Below, piece by piece: positions 14,611 to 17,831 of a stretch of 17,831 bases of DNA. The translations under genes were made by a program, and so were the position numbers. The notes under the pieces are model-generated. The model was not told where the DNA came from. It did not search any database and saw nothing but the letters and a program-made list of their open reading frames with translations. This DNA comes from Armatimonadota bacterium (GTDB lineage: Bacteria; Armatimonadota; Zipacnadia; Zipacnadales; UBA5352): the NCBI GenBank assembly GCA_034722055.1, contig JAYENL010000315.1:1-17831 (forward strand). Direction: 5' to 3'. The stretch's first letter is position 1. Each line of letters starts with the position of its first letter.

Positions 14611-16557
14611 TCAGACCCAGCCCTGCAGCCGCCCCACCACCAGGACCACGACGGCCAGAAAAGCCAAGGCCAGGATGCCGATAAGAAGCGGCCGGGTGAT
14701 TGGGGAGGCTGGAGGGGATGGCGGGGTAGGTGTCCGAGGCAGCGGAGGGGGCGCGGTGCCGCCGGGCGGCAGGATGTCGGCGATGTTGCCGACATCCACA
14801 GTTCTGCCCGGCTCGGCCACGAACTCGCTGAAGCCCGTCAGCGAATCATCGGGACCTCCTGACGAGACCGAATACTTCAGCCCGCCGACCAGGTCCTGCA
14901 CCGCCCAGTGGCCGTCCGCGTCCGTCTGCGTCTCGTGCCAGAGCACCGAGGCGTCCCCGGGCCACCCAATGGCCCTCAGGTCAGACGGACCTGAAAGAAG
15001 CACCTTCCTGTTCGCCCCGGGCAGGCCCGTATTATCCACCAGACTTCCCTTGGCGGCGCCGAACGGCTCGAGAGTCACGGACAGGTTGGGGTCGAAGTCC
15101 GGGTCGGCGCTGGTCGCGATGCCCTTCCCGGCATCGAGGTCATAGGCCACGACCCACACCTCCCCCCTGGCCGGCAGCCCGGAGAGCTCGAAGGCACCGT
15201 CGGGACCGGTGGTGACGGGCTCCTGGCACCTGGAGGCGAGGACCTCGACGTCCGCCTGTGGACTGCCTGCATTGTCGAGCACCCTGCCCCGGATGGTCCT
15301 GCCGGCGGGGTTGACCACCAGTGTGGGCAGCTCACGAGTCTGCCCGGGGGTCAGCTCATAGAAGCCCAGCTCCTGCCACTCCCGGCTCAATGCCATCTCC
15401 GCGACGCCGGGCGTGGGGACGACGCGGAGCCTGTGCCCCGCAGGCAGCGGCCCCACCTCGAGCTCCCCGCTTTCATCGCTGCGAGCCTGGAGCAGCAGGA
15501 AGCTACCGGGGATGATCTCGTCATCCGCCACCATGCCCGGCGCGCCCCAGCGCCGCGACGGATCCGCCACATCCACCATCACCGGAATCCGCGCAAGCGG
15601 CTCTCCCTCGGTGTCCTCCACCCGGGCGTGGACCCACGCTCCCGGTCTGACCGCTATCGTCACCGACTGTGTCACGTCGCTGAAGAACACGACGCCGGCC
15701 AGGCCCGCGTCCTCGTCGCGAGCCAGTGCGGCCCGGTCCGACTGCATGCCACCAGGAGGCCCTTCTCGGAGAGTGAGCGTGAACTCACCGCTGTTGTCCG
15801 CCTGCGCCTGCGCGATGTCCACGTCCCCGAGCAGGTCGTGGCCGTAGCTGATGGAGCCGTAGTCTGCAACCGAGACGGTGGCATTGGGCACGGGCTGTCC
15901 ACTCTGGTTCACCACGATGCCCGAGAGGGTGGGCTTTGGACTGAGAGCGAAGTCCACCGCAGTGACGGTCTCGCCCTCAGCCACGGTGACAACCCGCTCT
16001 GAGGGCTGGGCGTTGCCGTACGGGAAGTCCCCCTCCCAGTTTTCGGCCTGGAGGTTGTACTCCCCCGGGGGCACCTGCAGCTCATAGTGCCCCTGCTGAT
16101 CCGCCGCCGCGAATCGGATGTCCGACGGCGGCCCGGCGGGCCCCATGGCAGTGACCTGGGCGCCCGGAACAGGCGCACCCGTCTCGGCATCCGTCACCGT
16201 CCCCTCGACCACCCCTCCCCGCACGAGATGAATGTCGGCACTCGCGCGCTGCTGGCCGGCCTCCAGCTTCACCGTGAGGGCCTGCCTCGCAGCGTAGCCG
16301 CGCGGGACGCTCTCAGCGACAATCATGTACTGGCCGGCCGCGAGCCCGCGGAAGCTGTAGCGCCCCCGGGCATCCGTCTCCTGCTCGCGGGCGATCGGCT
16401 GCTCATCCGGGCCACACCCGTAGAGGGCGACCGCCGCGTCGGCAACGCCGTGGCCCGATGGATCGACCACCCTCCCCGTGATGCTCCCATCGTCCGCCAG
16501 AGCGTGAGCCGTCAACGCTATCCAGCACAGAGCTGTGGCGGCGGCCTTGCATCGCAT
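14611..16557 (-). CDS. Exported protein with about 6 carboxypeptidase-regulatory-like (CnaB/transthyretin-like) beta-sandwich repeats, a Pro-rich linker and a C-terminal TM anchor
   Basis: Signal peptide ending AHALA. Repeats start ITGRVVDPSG, VEGTVTDAETG, LSGIVVNQSG, VHARVEDTEG, IRGRVLDNAG and AKGSLVDNTG. C-terminal hydrophobic helix. ATG at 16557 with a GAGGGGG RBS. Confidence 0.85.
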   Translation of the reverse strand: MRCKAAATALCWIALTAHALADDGSITGRVVDPSGHGVADAAVALYGCGPDEQPIAREQETDARGRYSFRGLAAGQYMIVAESVPRGYAARQALTVKLEAGQQRASADIHLVRGGVVEGTVTDAETGAPVPGAQVTAMGPAGPPSDIRFAAADQQGHYELQVPPGEYNLQAENWEGDFPYGNAQPSERVVTVAEGETVTAVDFALSPKPTLSGIVVNQSGQPVPNATVSVADYGSISYGHDLLGDVDIAQAQADNSGEFTLTLREGPPGGMQSDRAALARDEDAGLAGVVFFSDVTQSVTIAVRPGAWVHARVEDTEGEPLARIPVMVDVADPSRRWGAPGMVADDEIIPGSFLLLQARSDESGELEVGPLPAGHRLRVVPTPGVAEMALSREWQELGFYELTPGQTRELPTLVVNPAGRTIRGRVLDNAGSPQADVEVLASRCQEPVTTGPDGAFELSGLPARGEVWVVAYDLDAGKGIATSADPDFDPNLSVTLEPFGAAKGSLVDNTGLPGANRKVLLSGPSDLRAIGWPGDASVLWHETQTDADGHWAVQDLVGGLKYSVSSGGPDDSLTGFSEFVAEPGRTVDVGNIADILPPGGTAPPPLPRTPTPPSPPASPITRPLLIGILALAFLAVVVLVVGRLQGWV

Positions 16558-16621
16558 GTCATGTCCCCCTCGGTGCGTCGGTGCATGGTGCCGCGGGGTG
16601 CCGGCTGCCTGCGGTAGTCCC

Positions 16622-16648
16622 TTCGCTGACGCACAGGCGCTCCCCTCT
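16622..16648 (-). promoter_or_regulatory. Sigma-H-like promoter upstream of the repeat-protein gene
   Basis: Minus strand AGAGG(16648-16644)-N18-CGAA(16625-16622). Confidence 0.45.
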
Positions 16649-16706
16649 CGCCATCGGAGCAGGATCATGCTCGTGACGGCCGTCAGCGATGGAGCTCGCC
16701 CGCGGC

Positions 16707-17831
16707 CTACTCGCCCTCGACCGGCACCACCTGCAGCAGGTCGAGCCAGGCGGTGCCGGGGCTGGTCAGGGAGATGGCCAGGCCCCCGCGCCGAGCGTCA
16801 CTGTCGGGCGTGACCTCGAAGGAGTACTCCGCCCAGTCGGCGGTGAGGTCGAAGCTGCGCTCGCCGAACTGCCCCAGGGCCACGGTAAGCTGAACGCCCG
16901 GCTCGCGGGCCCTGCCCCAGATGGAGATGCGGTAGGTCCGCCCCTCCTCAACGGGGAACGGGAAGGGCCGCAGGCGCACCTCGGAGTCCTCCGTGGGCAG
17001 TGTCATCCGCAGGCAGTGGCGCCCGTGCCGGGCGAGGCGCGCGTCCACGAGGGCGGTCGCCCCCGGGCCGATGCTGGCGTAGCAGCCGGAGGGGGTTCCC
17101 GCGCTCGGCACATGCTCCCAGCTCGGGTTGTGCGTGAGGTTGTCGGCATGCACCGCCAGGTCGTCCTCGGGCAGCGGCCCCACCGGGAGCCAATAGGCGC
17201 GCGTGTCGTAGGCGTCGATGGGCTCGGCGATGGCGCCATCCTGGACCTGCACGGTGCGGTTCTCGAACAGCACCTGCGCCTCGCCGGACCAGGCGATGTG
17301 CGGCAGCGTGATGCGCAGCGGGCGCGGCTCATTGGCCGTGTTGACGGCCAGGACTGTGACGAGCCCCCGATCCCTGTATGCCGCAACGTGGACGCCGGGC
17401 GACGAGCAGGAGACCTGCGGCCGCGGCTCGGCCGAGGTCAGCGCGGGCGTCAGCTCCACCGTCTCGAGAGCCAGCGCGCCGCACTCGGCCCACATGATGG
17501 GCGACTTGGGGAAGCTGATGCGCGGGGAGCGGATGAAGTACTGGATGCCGCGCGCGCCGTGGATCAGCGCCAGGTAGGTCATGACGCGCTCCTCCTGCGC
17601 GGTCGGCTCCCGCTTCCACCACTCGTGGCCGCCGAAGGCCTGGGGCACGATCCACAGCGCCTTCCGGCCGTCGAAGGCCTCCCGCAGCGAGTCCGCCATG
17701 CTGCTGACGTAGGTCACCGACCCGTGGGGGATCGGGTAGGGGTCGCCCATCACAATGTCCATGCACCGCTCAAACTGCCGGGCGTGCGCGGCGCCCCGGT
17801 AGAAGACGACCGTCACGGGATGGTGCGGGTC
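16707..17831 (-). CDS. 3' part of a putative glycoside-hydrolase-like protein with a C-terminal CBM4/9-like carbohydrate-binding domain; start lies beyond the window
   Basis: Frame is open to the window edge (DPHHPVTVVF..). Contains DIVMGDPYP, WIVPQAF, EPT..EER.MTYLALIHGARGIQYF, then NLTHNPSWE...YRISIWGR...W..YSFE...WLDLLQV. Confidence 0.75.
   Translation of the reverse strand, partial: DPHHPVTVVFYRGAAHARQFERCMDIVMGDPYPIPHGSVTYVSSMADSLREAFDGRKALWIVPQAFGGHEWWKREPTAQEERVMTYLALIHGARGIQYFIRSPRISFPKSPIMWAECGALALETVELTPALTSAEPRPQVSCSSPGVHVAAYRDRGLVTVLAVNTANEPRPLRITLPHIAWSGEAQVLFENRTVQVQDGAIAEPIDAYDTRAYWLPVGPLPEDDLAVHADNLTHNPSWEHVPSAGTPSGCYASIGPGATALVDARLARHGRHCLRMTLPTEDSEVRLRPFPFPVEEGRTYRISIWGRAREPGVQLTVALGQFGERSFDLTADWAEYSFEVTPDSDARRGGLAISLTSPGTAWLDLLQVVPVEGE

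Overview
GC-rich bacterial chromosomal window (roughly 70% GC by eye in most genes). The gene repertoire (DUF4838 protein, CBM9-like secreted protein, fucose-isomerase-like protein, carboxypeptidase-regulatory-like repeat protein) suggests an Armatimonadota-like organism, but this is inference only. It holds 12 credible CDSs: a 5'-truncated GT4 glycosyltransferase converging on a bacterial sugar transferase; an L-fucose-isomerase-like gene; a lipid cluster (cdsA, YihY/BrkB, DAG-kinase family, PAP2 phosphatase); two large secreted carbohydrate-active-looking proteins; a flavodoxin; a membrane-anchored beta-sandwich repeat protein; and a truncated protein with a CBM4/9-like domain. No rRNA, tRNA, CRISPR array, transposase or phage gene was seen. 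The most notable signals are non-coding. (1) A bipartite motif, (G/A)(C/G)AGG-N17/18-NGAA, resembling the Firmicutes sigma-H promoter, occurs 7 times upstream of 6 genes and always points at the downstream gene. (2) Two related clusters of REP-like palindromes (GTAG/GGAG plus hairpin) bracket the two secreted carbohydrate genes. All calls come from reading motifs; no database search was run.
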